DNA from: Monocercomonoides exilis PA203
Lineage: Eukaryota > Protista > Preaxostyla
DNA length: 64,000 nucleotides
Reading direction: 5' to 3'
NCBI GenBank assembly: GCA_001643675.2
Contig: LSRY02000011.1
Location: forward strand, 1,736,001-1,800,000
Made by a program: the position numbers and the translations under genes. Under the pieces are notes generated by a model. The model was not told where the DNA came from. It did not search any database and worked only from the letters and a program-made list of their open reading frames with translations. Positions 35,327 through 47,001 of this stretch are shown in pieces; position 1 is the first letter of the stretch; each line of letters begins with the position of its first letter.

Positions 35327-35794
35327 ATGCCACTTGAAAGCAATGTTGTCAATATAGATGGAATACCTCGTCCTGTTGGAAAAATTTCTGTTTTTATAAG
35401 AACATTAATCATAACAATGTTTCTTGGCATTTTTTCATTTTTTCCCTTGTATCTTTTTTGTGAATCTTCTGCAGCATTAATGGGTTGTATATCTGGTTTA
35501 GGATGTTTGCCGTCATATATTTTTAATGAAAAATTATTATTTCTTACTCTTTTTGTTTGTGTTTCTTTTCAATTCTTTGTAGGTTGGTTTTTTGTTTGTG
35601 GAATATCTTTCGTAATCTACTTTTTTGTGAATGCAGCACAATTAAGTTTTTATTTGGCGGGGCTTATTCTAGTATTTTTTGGAGTTGTATATTTTGTGAA
35701 TGGAATGACAAAGTTTATGATGTCACGAAAATTTGCAGTGTCTTTTTTCACACTTGAAAATCTTCACAGCAAAAATATTAATCGCCAATATTGA
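35327..35794 (+). CDS. Small multi-pass membrane protein of unknown function
   Basis: 155-aa hydrophobic ORF with a probable in-frame 78-nt intron at 35505-35582; the 3' end is uncertain. Confidence 0.5.
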   Translation: MPLESNVVNIDGIPRPVGKISVFIRTLIITMFLGIFSFFPLYLFCESSAALMGCISGLGCLPSYIFNEKLLFLTLFVCVSFQFFVGWFFVCGISFVIYFFVNAAQLSFYLAGLILVFFGVVYFVNGMTKFMMSRKFAVSFFTLENLHSKNINRQY

Positions 35795-36523
35795 ACAATG
35801 CGTTAATGAAACTCGTTGTCATGGAAGCGTTATTTTTGTTTGGTATTAGAATATCAGATTTCATTACGATTGAAAGCTAACAAAATGGCAGAATAATTTC
35901 TCTTCCGTGTCTGGAAAGTTGATGCATTTGTCCAAGAGTATTGAAGTCGCATGTACAAGCGTGAGCTCATGTTATATTTCTTAAAGTATATTGCTCCATC
36001 GAAATTGGATCTTCAGTCAGAAATAAGAGCTGTTTGTTAATTTTTTTAAAAAATGCTTTTTCTATTTTATGATTTGAATCGATTACACGCAGTGCACTAT
36101 TGAGCACTGAAAAAATTTCTTTTAGAAGCATTGGACACCAAACACAAATTAAAGTCTAACCGAAAGAATGAGAATGATATCAAAAGATTTATAAACTAAA
36201 ATTCCAAAGATGAATTGAATTTCTGGTATCACTTGTAATTGCGAGATTTATTTCTTAGAGGCAAATGGGTTGGAAAAAATGATGGTCCGACCTTTACAAA
36301 AGCGAACGTTTATTTTCCTTCACCGAGAATAAATAAAAGAACCAATTTTTCATAAATTAAAGCAGCATGAATGTGAATCTATGGATTGAACGCTTCGCGT
36401 TTATTTTCACCATCGGTACATACACGTTCTATTTCTATTTTGTCCTGGAAAAAATAAAACAGATTGCTATAACACAACAGAGTTATTTATTTTATTTCAA
36501 CTTAACAGAAAAATACAACCAAA

Positions 36524-37948
36524 TCATATGAAAACATTAGAATTTGGGGAGAAATCGACAAATACTTGTCTCAATTCATTTGCAAGAGTATCTGCATCAT
36601 CACTTGCATCTTCGCTTAAATCTTCATCATTAGACTGTTCTGGTTCATCTTGATTTTCAAGCTGTTCTGTTTCAGATTCATGGAATGAATGAGTCACTTC
36701 TTTTTGAGGTTGCGCTGCCCTTGTCATTTGAAAATGAACAGGTTGTGTTGATTCTTCGTCATCAACATCAAATGCTTCGACACTGTCTTCCAAATCTTCC
36801 AAATCATCTTCTTCTATTTCCTCTTCGGTTGTAGTTTTCTCTTTTTCACTTGTGCATTCATAATCTTCTTCTTCTTCTTCTTTCAGTTGAGAAGTTAAAT
36901 GCCAATTATCTTTGTGAATACGATTTTTTTTCTTCTCTTCTTGCTTCTCTTGGAGAAGAGGTCGAATAGTTTCAGCGATGCTTTTCACTTGTTGAGAAAG
37001 AGATGATAGCAATTGCAACATTTCATCCATTCGCTGTTCATCTCTCGCTAATTGATCTTGGAGGTTTGCAATTATTCTCCTTTGCATAATCCGCTCTTCT
37101 CCTTCAGTCACAGAAGGAGGAAGCTTAAAAAGAGCCTTTGCTGATAACGGAGAATTTGGTTGCCTTTTCTGTATCGCTTGCCGAGGAGATGTCCTTTTTG
37201 GAGTGGATGGAGATAGAGCATCCTTGACTTGTAAGCTTTCTTTTGAAGTGTTATGATTGGCTATAGGTGTAGGAGGAGTAGGCTTTGGAGGGGATAATCT
37301 TGATAAATAAGGAGTGATGTGCGGGGGCGACGGGGGAGGTGATGAAAAAGCATGTGATTCTGCTGATTTTGAAGGTGATGAATTTTGGCTTTTGTGAAAT
37401 GAAGATGATGCAAAGGATGACAATTCCTTTTTTGGAGAATTTGAAACGTGTTTTGAAGTATTATTTCTATTAACTTTTCTTTCTCTTTTTTCTTTCTGCT
37501 TGGCATTTCTTAGTTCTTCTTTCTCAATTTCAATACTTTTTTGAACACAAAGTTGTAATAACGATAAAATGATATCCAGTTTTTTTTCCACAAAACCTGG
37601 TTGAAAAAGAAATTGTTCCGCGGTAAGTATTGGTACATATGAAAATTCTGTCCTCATGATGTGGAAAACGATTCGTATAAATTCATAATCAGATTTAAAA
37701 CGCAAATGATATCCCTTTCCGTGAGTCCATCTCTGAAGTTGAGGCGTTGATGTTAGAATTGCACCGCATGCTTGAAGAAGTGAAATGGGATTTGCATTTA
37801 TAAGTCTATTAAAATTATATTTTAGTGAAAATAATGAAAGTGATATTACACACTCTACTGGATCAATATTCACAGGAGCTTTTAACTTTCCAAGTTCTTG
37901 CAGTATTTTTGTAGCTTTTGACGTCAAAGCAAAATTACTTTGACTCAT
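36524..37948 (-). CDS. CEP44: Centrosomal protein 44 homolog
   Basis: KSDYEFIRIVFHIMRTEFSYVPILTAEQFL..GFVEKKLDII matches the CEP44 N-terminal domain; a coiled coil follows. Probable 48-nt in-frame intron at 37806-37853. Confidence 0.88.
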   Translation of the reverse strand: MSQSNFALTSKATKILQELGKLKAPVNIDPVECVISLSLFSLKYNFNRLINANPISLLQACGAILTSTPQLQRWTHGKGYHLRFKSDYEFIRIVFHIMRTEFSYVPILTAEQFLFQPGFVEKKLDIILSLLQLCVQKSIEIEKEELRNAKQKEKRERKVNRNNTSKHVSNSPKKELSSFASSSFHKSQNSSPSKSAESHAFSSPPPSPPHITPYLSRLSPPKPTPPTPIANHNTSKESLQVKDALSPSTPKRTSPRQAIQKRQPNSPLSAKALFKLPPSVTEGEERIMQRRIIANLQDQLARDEQRMDEMLQLLSSLSQQVKSIAETIRPLLQEKQEEKKKNRIHKDNWHLTSQLKEEEEEDYECTSEKEKTTTEEEIEEDDLEDLEDSVEAFDVDDEESTQPVHFQMTRAAQPQKEVTHSFHESETEQLENQDEPEQSNDEDLSEDASDDADTLANELRQVFVDFSPNSNVFI

Positions 37949-38491
37949 TTTAAAGGATCCACAGCTGCTTTTTGAATTTTTAAATAAAAAGAAATGGCAC
38001 TGAAATGATCTGATTATTTATCGATTGATTTATATCTCTCGATGCTTGCACTATTCTTCCTAACAAGTTGTTTTTATTGGATTTTTGGAGATGAGACAGA
38101 TAAGTCCAACGAAAGATATGTTTGAAAAACTTCAAAATAACGATATATGCCAATTTTAACATTTTCATAATTTATGCTTTTAGCCAGATAAAAACGAAGA
38201 TTCAAATGAATCTACAACACTAATAATATTTATTGTTTGAATTCTTTGCTTTAGCGTTAAATATATTTTTTTTTGAAATCTTGAAATTCTCTTTATTTGT
38301 CATAAAAGATAATTCTTGGAGTAATAACGGCAATAGGGGCTTATTTTTCTCGGAGAAGACATAGAAACCTTCAGAGAAAAGCAGCAGATGCCATGGCAGA
38401 TGCTTTAGAAATTTAATTTTGTAATTTTTCATTTCATTTTCTTTTGTGAAGAAATATAACTAAAAATTTTATAAAACTAAAAAGGCTAAAA

Positions 38492-41254
38492 CTAAATAAT
38501 TGAAGAAGCATTCACCATATTTGTTGTTTTGTTTTCGTGAATAATATTGCTATCGGCTGCTATTGAATTTAATTTACTGGCTTGAACGAGAGATCCATCT
38601 TGATAAAGGTACATTCTTTGAAGCATATCGTCAGGTATTCCAACAAATTCATCATCCAACTTAGATTCTTGTGATTGTTTCGTTTGATGTAATTGTATGG
38701 TTTGTTGATTGATGAGTGATGATATTGGCATTGCAGATGATAATGGAGGAAGTGCAGTAGTAAAACTTGAACATGATAGCCCTGGGGACTGATTTAAAGG
38801 TGGAAATTGACTTGACGAATGTTGAGAGAGAGGCAAAGGAGTATCTTGCTCTTGGAATGTGGACGGCTGCGATGAATCCCATGCTTGGTTTGTTTGCTTT
38901 ATAAAATCGATGACAGACTCAACGCTATCCAAATTCGATGAAGGAATTTGAGAAGAGGTTGGAGTATAAAAACCATACGTCCCGGCTTGTGCTTGCTTTT
39001 TCCTTTCTTCTTCAAGTTGCCACAGCGCAGCCATCTGCTCTTTTTGCTCAGGAGTCATTGCAGCACCAAAGACTTCTGAGTGCTGGCACAGTCGTTCAAA
39101 CAGTTCATCATCGAGTGAGTTGTTGCTGCTGTTCCATTCCATGAAAGGATCAATCCAATCTCTCTTGATGGATTTCGCTTCTTCTCTGACTTCAAGCGCT
39201 TTATGGCTTGTAAGCGACTCGATGCTGTCGAAGGCAGATGATTCAAACAAATCAAGCAGAACAGGGTTCATCGAAAGAACAGCCAAATCAATTTCTTCTT
39301 CGTCATATTCATCTCCGCTTTCTTCATCCATTGCAGAAACATCGCAATTCTGCTTCGTCATACCCGACTCAATTCCTTTATCTTCACAATCTGCTTCCAT
39401 CTTGTTTGTTGAAGTACTTTCATAACCCATCTCCTTTGAGCCTTCTTCGTCCATCTTCTGCTGCACACCTGACATGCTCATCAATTCAGACATATTTTCC
39501 TTCTTGCTTGTCAATTGCTTTTTCCTCCGCTTCGCCTCTTTCTGTCCCAAAAAAAGCATTCTATAAAGCATTTTCAGAATCTTCTCCAGTAAAATAGGTT
39601 TTTCGTTGTCCAGCCGATTAGCCAATGCCAAATGCACTCCACTTGTTATTGCATATTGCTGTGCAGCTTTGCTGCCAAGCGAAAAATTTTTCAGAAAGTC
39701 CAGTGCATCCGACGCAGTTACAATGTCCATTTCCTCAAATGCATTGAAAGCTGTGCAAAGAAGTCCGCTGCTAATAATTGCATTCTCCAGATCCAGGTCA
39801 TACCCTGAGGACAGATTGTTCAGAGCAAACATGACATATTGCCGTTCGCTTTTTAATTCTCTTGATTCGCTTAATATAGAAAATGCCATCTTCATCGAAT
39901 CCAGCACTCCAGCATTAATAAGAGTTCGTTCAATTCCTTCTACGTCTGTTGACGTTAAACAAGAGATAAGTCGCGTTGCAGCAGAAACAGCTTCTGGTGA
40001 GTTTCGAAGAGAACACAATTTGTTCAAAGAAGGAATGCAGCCATTATTTAAAAGATTCTTTTATTTGAAATAGATGAATTGAATAAAGATGAAAAACAAA
40101 CAAATAAATAAAAAATTTTGAAATAAATAAAATGAAAATAAAAATAAATTAAAACCTGTTCCAATTCTGCGTCCATCTTACCAATTTGTTTTAAAATTAT
40201 TGCAATGTTTATCATGCTCTTCAAATTTACAGACTTCATAATGCTACAAAGAGCAGAACGCAACGTCCTTAGTTTTTGTGCAACAGACGATGACATTGTA
40301 ATTTCTTTAAGCGCATAAAGAGTAATTTCCAACAAATATTCAGGTGTGTCGCTTTTCATAAACACAAGAGAATTTGGAATTGAGCTCACTGTTTGGGAGC
40401 TTGAAGGAGTTGAAGAAAAGGCTAACGAAGTTGAAATAACTGAACTAAGAAATTGCGGAAGAACATCCTCGATGTGGGCTTCGAGAAAATATTCACTTGT
40501 ATTATCGGTACCGTCTGATAAATTACCTAGACACCAAATGCTCTGATTAATTGTTCATACGAATGAAAAAATCTTTCAAAACCAAAAATTTTCAATGAGT
40601 CACGCAAACTTGAATTTGTACCGAAATTGATGGAGAAGCTAAATTTTTTATTAAAGCAGGAACAGCATTCACCTTACAAATTTGAATTTTTTCCGATGTT
40701 TTATCACCTAAATCGTTTATAGAAAGTGGTCTTAACAATTCGTTGAAGCTATAAAATCACACACAAAAATTAGATAGAATCCAGCTCGCCTCAAATTGAA
40801 GAAGTGGCTTGTCTGTCAGATTTAAAAAAGAAACCAAGAGAGGAAGCGGATTGTATTTTAAAAATTGCTCGATAAAAAAATAAGTTTCAGCTGTAAATTT
40901 TTCTATAAAATATTTTAAAAACAATCAACGAATAAACAGAAGAAATTTTAAAACTATTGAAGAAATACCTGGAGATACAACTTTTCTTAATGAAATTAAA
41001 GAATTTGTGACAGTTTCGAGATTAGTCGAACCAAGATCTGAAAGAAGTGTTGAGATAACTGGATAAATTTCATTTAAGCGTCCCATGGAATCTTCTGACC
41101 GCGTTCGCCTCTTTTCCAGGTCGGATAATCTATCATCATTTCTCAAACGAAACAATTCAGAATCACGTCTAAGCTTTGGGTCCCTATCTTCTTTTTCATA
41201 TTGAAAATCAGAAAATCTTGATGAGGCCCTCTCAGCTGAACTCCAAGAGAACAT
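38492..41254 (-). CDS. Divergent importin-alpha (IBB + ARM repeats), multi-exon
   Basis: IBB-like RRDSELFRLRNDDRLSDLEKRR. Spliced exons give LQFEASWILSNF, AVPALIKNL and Q|SIWCLGNL. C-terminal IESLTSHKALEVREEAKSI. Confidence 0.78.
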
Positions 41255-41536
41255 CAATCACTTTTTATAAAAATGATACCAAAAATTGATCAATGAAATG
41301 ATCGCAAATAGTTTGTTTCATAATTTTTTCATTCATTTGTAGTGTGTTCATCGTTAATTATTACGTTATCAAAAATGTGCCCAAAAGAAAATAAAAATTT
41401 TCTTTCCTTACATAATAAAAAAAATTACAAAGCTTAAATATCAATTTATTGAATAATTATAAACAGCAAAATAAAACAAACAAATCAATAACAGTAACGA
41501 AAAGGAAGAAAAACAAATTAACACAGTTTATTTCGT

Positions 41537-42724
41537 TTATTCCTTCTTAATTGGTGGGTTTTGAGCTTTGAATTGATTCATGAATTCTCTCAGCATCTTA
41601 AGTCCATCAACGGTCATCGCATTGTACATGGAAACACGAACGCCTCCAAGATCACGATATCCCTTCAGGTTCACCAAACCCAATTTTGTGGCCTCTGCAA
41701 CAAACTTGAGCTCATGAGGTGTCATCTTATCTTTATCTGGTTCTCCACCAGCAATGCAATGAAGAGGAACGTTCATTCTTGATTGGAATCGTGGATCCTT
41801 GACTAAAACTTCATAATATCCATCGCTTTGAGCAACTGTTTCATAAAGAATCTTTGCTTTTTCTTCATTTTGCGCCTGAACAGCTTCCAATCCACCATGC
41901 TTCAGGATGTAATCGAAGTACAAACCGCAGATATACACAGCATATGTTGGAGGAGTGTTCAACATGGAGTCCTTGGCTGCTTGCTTCTTGAAATTGATTG
42001 CTGATGGGCAGAATGGAAGAGAACGATCAAGGAGATCTTTTCTCACAATAACAATTGTTGCACCTGCAGGTCCAGCATTCTTCTGTGCACCTGCATAAAT
42101 AACGCCAAACTTGCTAACATCAATTGGACGAGACAAGAAATCAGAGCTCATGTCGCACACAACAGTTGTTCCTTCTGGGAATTCTGGAAGAGTGTTAAAT
42201 GTGAGCCCGCGAATAGTCTCGTTTGTTGTGTAATGAACATAGGCTGCATTTGGCGAGAGTTTCCAAGTTGATTGATCTGGGATTGTGACATATCCCTCTG
42301 CTGTCTTTGCATCGCATGCAATGTTCACAGTGCAGAAGTCGCTGAACATTTTAGCTTCATCTGCTGCTTTCTTTGACCAATCTCCAGTAATTACGTAATC
42401 AACGACTGGCTTCTCTGTTTGGCCTGGAACTTTGATCAAGTTCATCAGAACACCAGAGAACATCATGGTGGCACCTCCTTGCAAAAAGAGGATATCATAA
42501 TTGTCTGGGATTTTCAACAATTCTTTCAGGGATTTTTGTGCACGTGTGAAGATATCAATATAGACTTTTGAGCGATGGCTCATTTCCATGACAGATTGGC
42601 CAGAGCCCTTGTAGTTCATCATTTCATCGCGTGCTGTTTCCAACACCTCATCAGGGAGAGTTGCAGGACCAGCAGAGAAGTTATATGAACGTCCGTATGG
42701 TTTTTCAACTTTTGTCAAACTCAT
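41537..42724 (-). CDS. serC: Phosphoserine aminotransferase (PLP-dependent, class V)
   Basis: YNFSAGPATLP, SVMEMSHRS, FLQGGA, NETIRG, DMSSDFLSRPIDV, GAQKNAGPAG (PLP Lys), NTPPT, SRMNV and GGVRVSMYNA motifs; single exon of 395 aa. Confidence 0.97.
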   Translation of the reverse strand: MSLTKVEKPYGRSYNFSAGPATLPDEVLETARDEMMNYKGSGQSVMEMSHRSKVYIDIFTRAQKSLKELLKIPDNYDILFLQGGATMMFSGVLMNLIKVPGQTEKPVVDYVITGDWSKKAADEAKMFSDFCTVNIACDAKTAEGYVTIPDQSTWKLSPNAAYVHYTTNETIRGLTFNTLPEFPEGTTVVCDMSSDFLSRPIDVSKFGVIYAGAQKNAGPAGATIVIVRKDLLDRSLPFCPSAINFKKQAAKDSMLNTPPTYAVYICGLYFDYILKHGGLEAVQAQNEEKAKILYETVAQSDGYYEVLVKDPRFQSRMNVPLHCIAGGEPDKDKMTPHELKFVAEATKLGLVNLKGYRDLGGVRVSMYNAMTVDGLKMLREFMNQFKAQNPPIKKE

Positions 42725-42893
42725 GTCTTTTTGTTATCTACGATCAATCACACCCTTTATCTAAGTGATGATAAACAATTTTTGATAAACTCAAAATGTT
42801 AGCTTATGCAATGAAATAATGTGTTTATAAAGAAAAAAATAATTTAGAAACAAGTGAAGTGATAATATGAGAGTTGATGAATTTATGTTATGA

Positions 42894-45352
42894 TCAGAAT
42901 TGATCCATGTCCATTCCGCTTGGCTCGTCGAGATCAGCTCCGAATCCTCCATACAATTCTCCTCCTCCAATTCCGTCTGCCATTCCACCCGAAGAGTAGT
43001 CAGTCGCCATAATTCCGCTGTTTCCTTTGTCTCTTTCTTTCTCTCTCATTGTTGATGTAGAAGATAACATCTGAGTCCTGACAGCTGCTTGCTTGGCACT
43101 CAGAAGTGCATAAAGATCCTTCAAAATCATCAGCTGGCGTCTGTTTGCAGCAAATGTCTCCTAAAAAATCGCGAAATTTAAACATTTCAAATTGAATTGA
43201 CACATTTTGCGTTTAGTAATCGAAAGATCCATTATCAGAATTATCAATTAAAAAAAAGGATATTTTTTTAGAGAATTTAAATAAAAATGAATAAATATTA
43301 AACAAACCGCCGACTCTTTCTTCTGGTCGCGGAGTCTTGCTTGCATCTTCTTCAGCTCCGGGTCCTTCTTTTCGTACATCTCTTTGAAAGTGGTGAATCC
43401 GTCTGGTGGAGCAATTGACCCATCTGCCTTTCCCTGTGTCACCTGGAGGCACTTCAGCTGCATAAGCGCCCTGTGATAGTCGCTCTCCAGCTGCATCGAC
43501 TCCTCCCTCAGCGCCCCCACACGCTGTCTGAGAGCAGACTCATCACTCGTCAGCTGCATGTGCAGGGTGTCGTATGTCTGCTTCTTCGCATTCCTTTCCT
43601 GCGACAGCTCGCTCATCTTCAGACGCGCTGCCCGCCGCTTCTCAGAAAGTGGCTCCAGAACACCCCGCTTCGCCTGGATGAGCTCCTGGATGGCCTGCAC
43701 GGTGCGTGTGTGCTCCTCCAGCATCGCCTGCTTGTCCTCGTCTGTCTCTGCCTTCATTCGCGACACGTCCTCCAGCTCTTCCATCCGCTTCCGATGCCCC
43801 TGAATCCCCCTCTTCGCCTCCTCCTCGTCCAGAAAGCCCTCCAAGTCCGTGTCCTTCTCCTTCAGAATCTCCTCCGTCCGCATCAGCACCGCCGTCTCTG
43901 CCTTCAAAGAGTCCAGAATCTGCTTCTCCTGCTTCCACTCGCTGTGCTTCGCCACCAGGCGGCTCTTCACCGACTCAATCTGATCCTGCACAGGACGCTG
44001 GTCTGCCCCGCCGCCGCTCGCACGCACAAGCGCCCGCCGCTTGTCCACTTCCTGCTGCAGCTTCACTCTGTCTGCCCTCTTCTCGTTCAGCCGCCGCAGT
44101 GCATCGAGTCGCTTCTTCTCGGCAACCAGCCCTTGCTGCCGGTACACATCGCCCCCGCTGACTCCTGCCCCGCTGCCCAGCGACTTGATCCTTTCTTTTT
44201 CTTTCTCTCTTCTCTCCTTCTCCTTCTCCTTCTCGTCGATCTCCTTCTCAAGCACCCGCACATCCCGCTCAAGATCCTTCTCTTTGCCTTCTTGCGTCCC
44301 TTTCAGCATCTCTGCCATCTCGTCGCTCTGCCGCTGCACCCGCACAACCTCATCGCGAAGACGTGTCTCAATTGTGTCTCGCAGTTCTTCCACTTCTTCG
44401 TGCAGCTGGTCAAACAGAAGATATGGCTCAGAGGTTGGAACAGCCAACTTGCGCTGCAAATGCGACAGCTGCTTTTCTGCATCATTCAGTTGCTGTCGTT
44501 GCTCCGCATCTCTAATATAACAATTATACATTAAACACAAAGTTTTTCATAAAATAAATTGAGGAGAAAAAAACCTTTCTTGATTTTCTGCCTGCTCCTC
44601 AAGCGCCTCTCGATATTCTCTTTCGGCAGTTACAAGTTGAAGGTATTTAGGCTATAAATGAAAAATACAAGAATAGAATAAATTATAATCGTTGAAAACA
44701 AACAATCGTTGAGATTTTCTTTTCCATGTCATCAACTTGGTTTTGTAAAATATCAAGTTCTTCCTCTTGCTTCGCACATTTTTCTTCGAGTGGTTTTGGG
44801 TCTTCAAGCCCTTTTGTTGCTTGAGTATGAGCTTGATGTGTTTCCTTAAATTGGTCCATTAAACCGCGATATTCGCCGTCGAGTTCCTGAAGGAAAGTAT
44901 CTTGAGAAAGAACATCAGGTGGTATTTCTATTCTTAGAAGATATTTAGCTAAATAAAGACGACGTCTATGTTTTGGCTGATTTCCTAAAAGCCATTGAGT
45001 GATCGTATAAATAGTGTTTTTGTCATTTTCTTCTAAGTTTGCTTGAATTTCTTCACTATTATGTGAAAATAACAAATTGATTTTAAAAAAAGATTTCACA
45101 AAACGCAATGGCAAACGTTGTCATTGACGATTTATAATTCAATATGCGAACAATAAAATCAACTAATCTTGCAATTGTGTCTGGTAGCAATTCGTCTCTG
45201 ATGTCTATTGAAGGTTCATCATTCAAAGTTGTACAAATATCACTCATAAGTTGAAGCCATTCTGTATGAGTTTGCTTGCTAAGCTGCACTTGTGAAACTT
45301 TCCGATTAAACGGAGGAGCTTTCAAATTCTCACATATCTGAGCGAGAGACAT
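42894..45352 (-). CDS. IFT81: Intraflagellar transport protein 81, multi-exon
   Basis: LKAPPFNRK, IDIRDE, RILNYK, LYLAKYL..IEIP, FKETHQ, LKAETAVLMRTEEIL, KRGIQG and KQAMLEE motifs; last exon ..LKDLYALLSAK. Confidence 0.93.
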
Positions 45353-45570
45353 GCGAAAATTACAGAAGTTGTTTTCAACTGAAAACGAAAGATATAGAAT
45401 GGGTATATTGATCACAATAGTCAAATAGAAAATTTCATTGAAATTTCATCATCATTCAACAAATGATTTATTCATAATTATATGCGAATAAAGTTATTTT
45501 AAAAAATTTCTTATTCAAGAAAAAAAAAAAAAAAGAGAAATGAAAAAATATATTAATTTTTTAAATCCAT

Positions 45571-47001
45571 TCATCGCTCAGAATTCTCATTTTGTGTTTT
45601 TTCATTTTCAGGTAAAGATATCACAAGGCATGGAATTCCTCCAAGGTCTCCTTCTTTCATTTCCATTTTATCATAATTATCTTCTTGCGTCTCGCTTTCG
45701 TTTTCTTCATCAGTATCAGAATCTGTATCTTCAGAAGACAACAATGATTTACCTTCCTTTTGATGTTTGCTTTGACGCAATCTTTTCTTTTCTTCCTCCA
45801 AAGAGAAGTCGTTTGCTTCATCGTCCTCAGCTTCCTTGTCTGTCTCGTTTTCATTCAGATCTGTCAAGCCAATTGCTGAAAAGAGCGGGTCATCAGCTAT
45901 TGTTGAGAACAGATACATGTCATTGCGCCACTGCGGGTCATTTCTGTGCACTGCGCAATGAGATATCAGCTTATTATACTGCTCAAATGAAGATGTTGAT
46001 GAAGATGCTGTTGAAGAGGAGTGCTTTGTTGGAGGTGAAGGAGAAGGGCTAGTTGAGGAAGAGAAGAAAGATGTGGATAAGTTTTGTTGTGTGCTGCGTG
46101 TTGAAGGCGGAGTAGTAGACTTGGATTTGGATGTTGGCTGTTTAAGCGCGAAGTATGGGAGCATCTCGCCGTCGTCTGCGTCGAGAAAGGATTTTATGAT
46201 CGCATCAACTTCAGCTGTCTCTGGTGGGGCTGAGAAATGCGAAGAAGAAGGGAAAACTGCATTTTGAAGTGTGGCTGCCATCTTCACTTCAAGCGACATG
46301 TTTGATGCTTCATCAGCCAAATCTTCATTCAAAGAAGAAAGATTGGAGCATGCTGCCTGCGAAGGTGTTTCCTTTGGTAACCAGTCTTCTGATGAAGTAG
46401 ATTCGTTGGACTTTTCACTTGGTTGTTGATTTTCCGTTCCAAAGAATGACGGGGCTTCAAAAGCCTGTTGTTTTGTTTGCTGTTTATCCGTTTCTTTTGC
46501 TTCGTCTCGAGATTCATTTGATTGCAATGATGCATTTTGAGTTTCTAATAAATTAAAAAATGAAGTCGATAAATGCTTTTCGTCTTTTGTTGTTATTTCT
46601 ATCTCTTTAATTTTGTCATTTGATTTTCCTTCATCCAAGCATCTTGTAAATCCTTTAAATATATCAGAGTCGTACTTAATGTTTTCTTCGGTATCGCTTT
46701 TGAACTTTTTACCAAATTCATCAATAGATGTGTAAGATAAGCCGCTCTCTGTTAAAGGAACATAGCTCCCGTTTGCGCGTGTCCAATCTTCTTCTTTCTC
46801 TTCTACTTCTTCTTCTTCTTCTTCTTTTATTTCCTCTTTTTCCTCTTTTTCTTTATAGCAATAAGACGGAGGAACAGGTAGAGGATAAGTTAATGATTGA
46901 TCAAAATGGAGGAAAAGTCTATCTTGTGTATCAAAAAACAACTTGCAAAATGGGCATAGAGCTTTTGCTGTCTGCGATCTTATGAAGTTAATTAATTTCA
47001 T
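45571..47001 (-). CDS. Hypothetical acidic/Ser-rich protein with a degenerate N-terminal C2H2-like motif
   Basis: 476-aa ORF; CPFC-x3-F-x5-L-x2-H lacking the final His. The true start probably lies in an upstream exon (~47070-47125). Confidence 0.6.
   Translation of the reverse strand: MKLINFIRSQTAKALCPFCKLFFDTQDRLFLHFDQSLTYPLPVPPSYCYKEKEEKEEIKEEEEEEVEEKEEDWTRANGSYVPLTESGLSYTSIDEFGKKFKSDTEENIKYDSDIFKGFTRCLDEGKSNDKIKEIEITTKDEKHLSTSFFNLLETQNASLQSNESRDEAKETDKQQTKQQAFEAPSFFGTENQQPSEKSNESTSSEDWLPKETPSQAACSNLSSLNEDLADEASNMSLEVKMAATLQNAVFPSSSHFSAPPETAEVDAIIKSFLDADDGEMLPYFALKQPTSKSKSTTPPSTRSTQQNLSTSFFSSSTSPSPSPPTKHSSSTASSSTSSFEQYNKLISHCAVHRNDPQWRNDMYLFSTIADDPLFSAIGLTDLNENETDKEAEDDEANDFSLEEEKKRLRQSKHQKEGKSLLSSEDTDSDTDEENESETQEDNYDKMEMKEGDLGGIPCLVISLPENEKTQNENSER

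Noticed and set aside
35324-35329. In-frame TGA-ATG suggesting readthrough or selenocysteine fusion
   Set aside because: The most plausible intron phase puts the upstream gene in another frame ending TAA at 35318, and no SECIS was recognised.
35800-36500. Short ORF fragments with a GT-AG pair
   Set aside because: The resulting peptide is tiny and featureless; unsupported.
43473-44534. 353-aa plus-strand Leu-rich ORF
   Set aside because: Antisense shadow of the GC-rich IFT81 coiled-coil exon.
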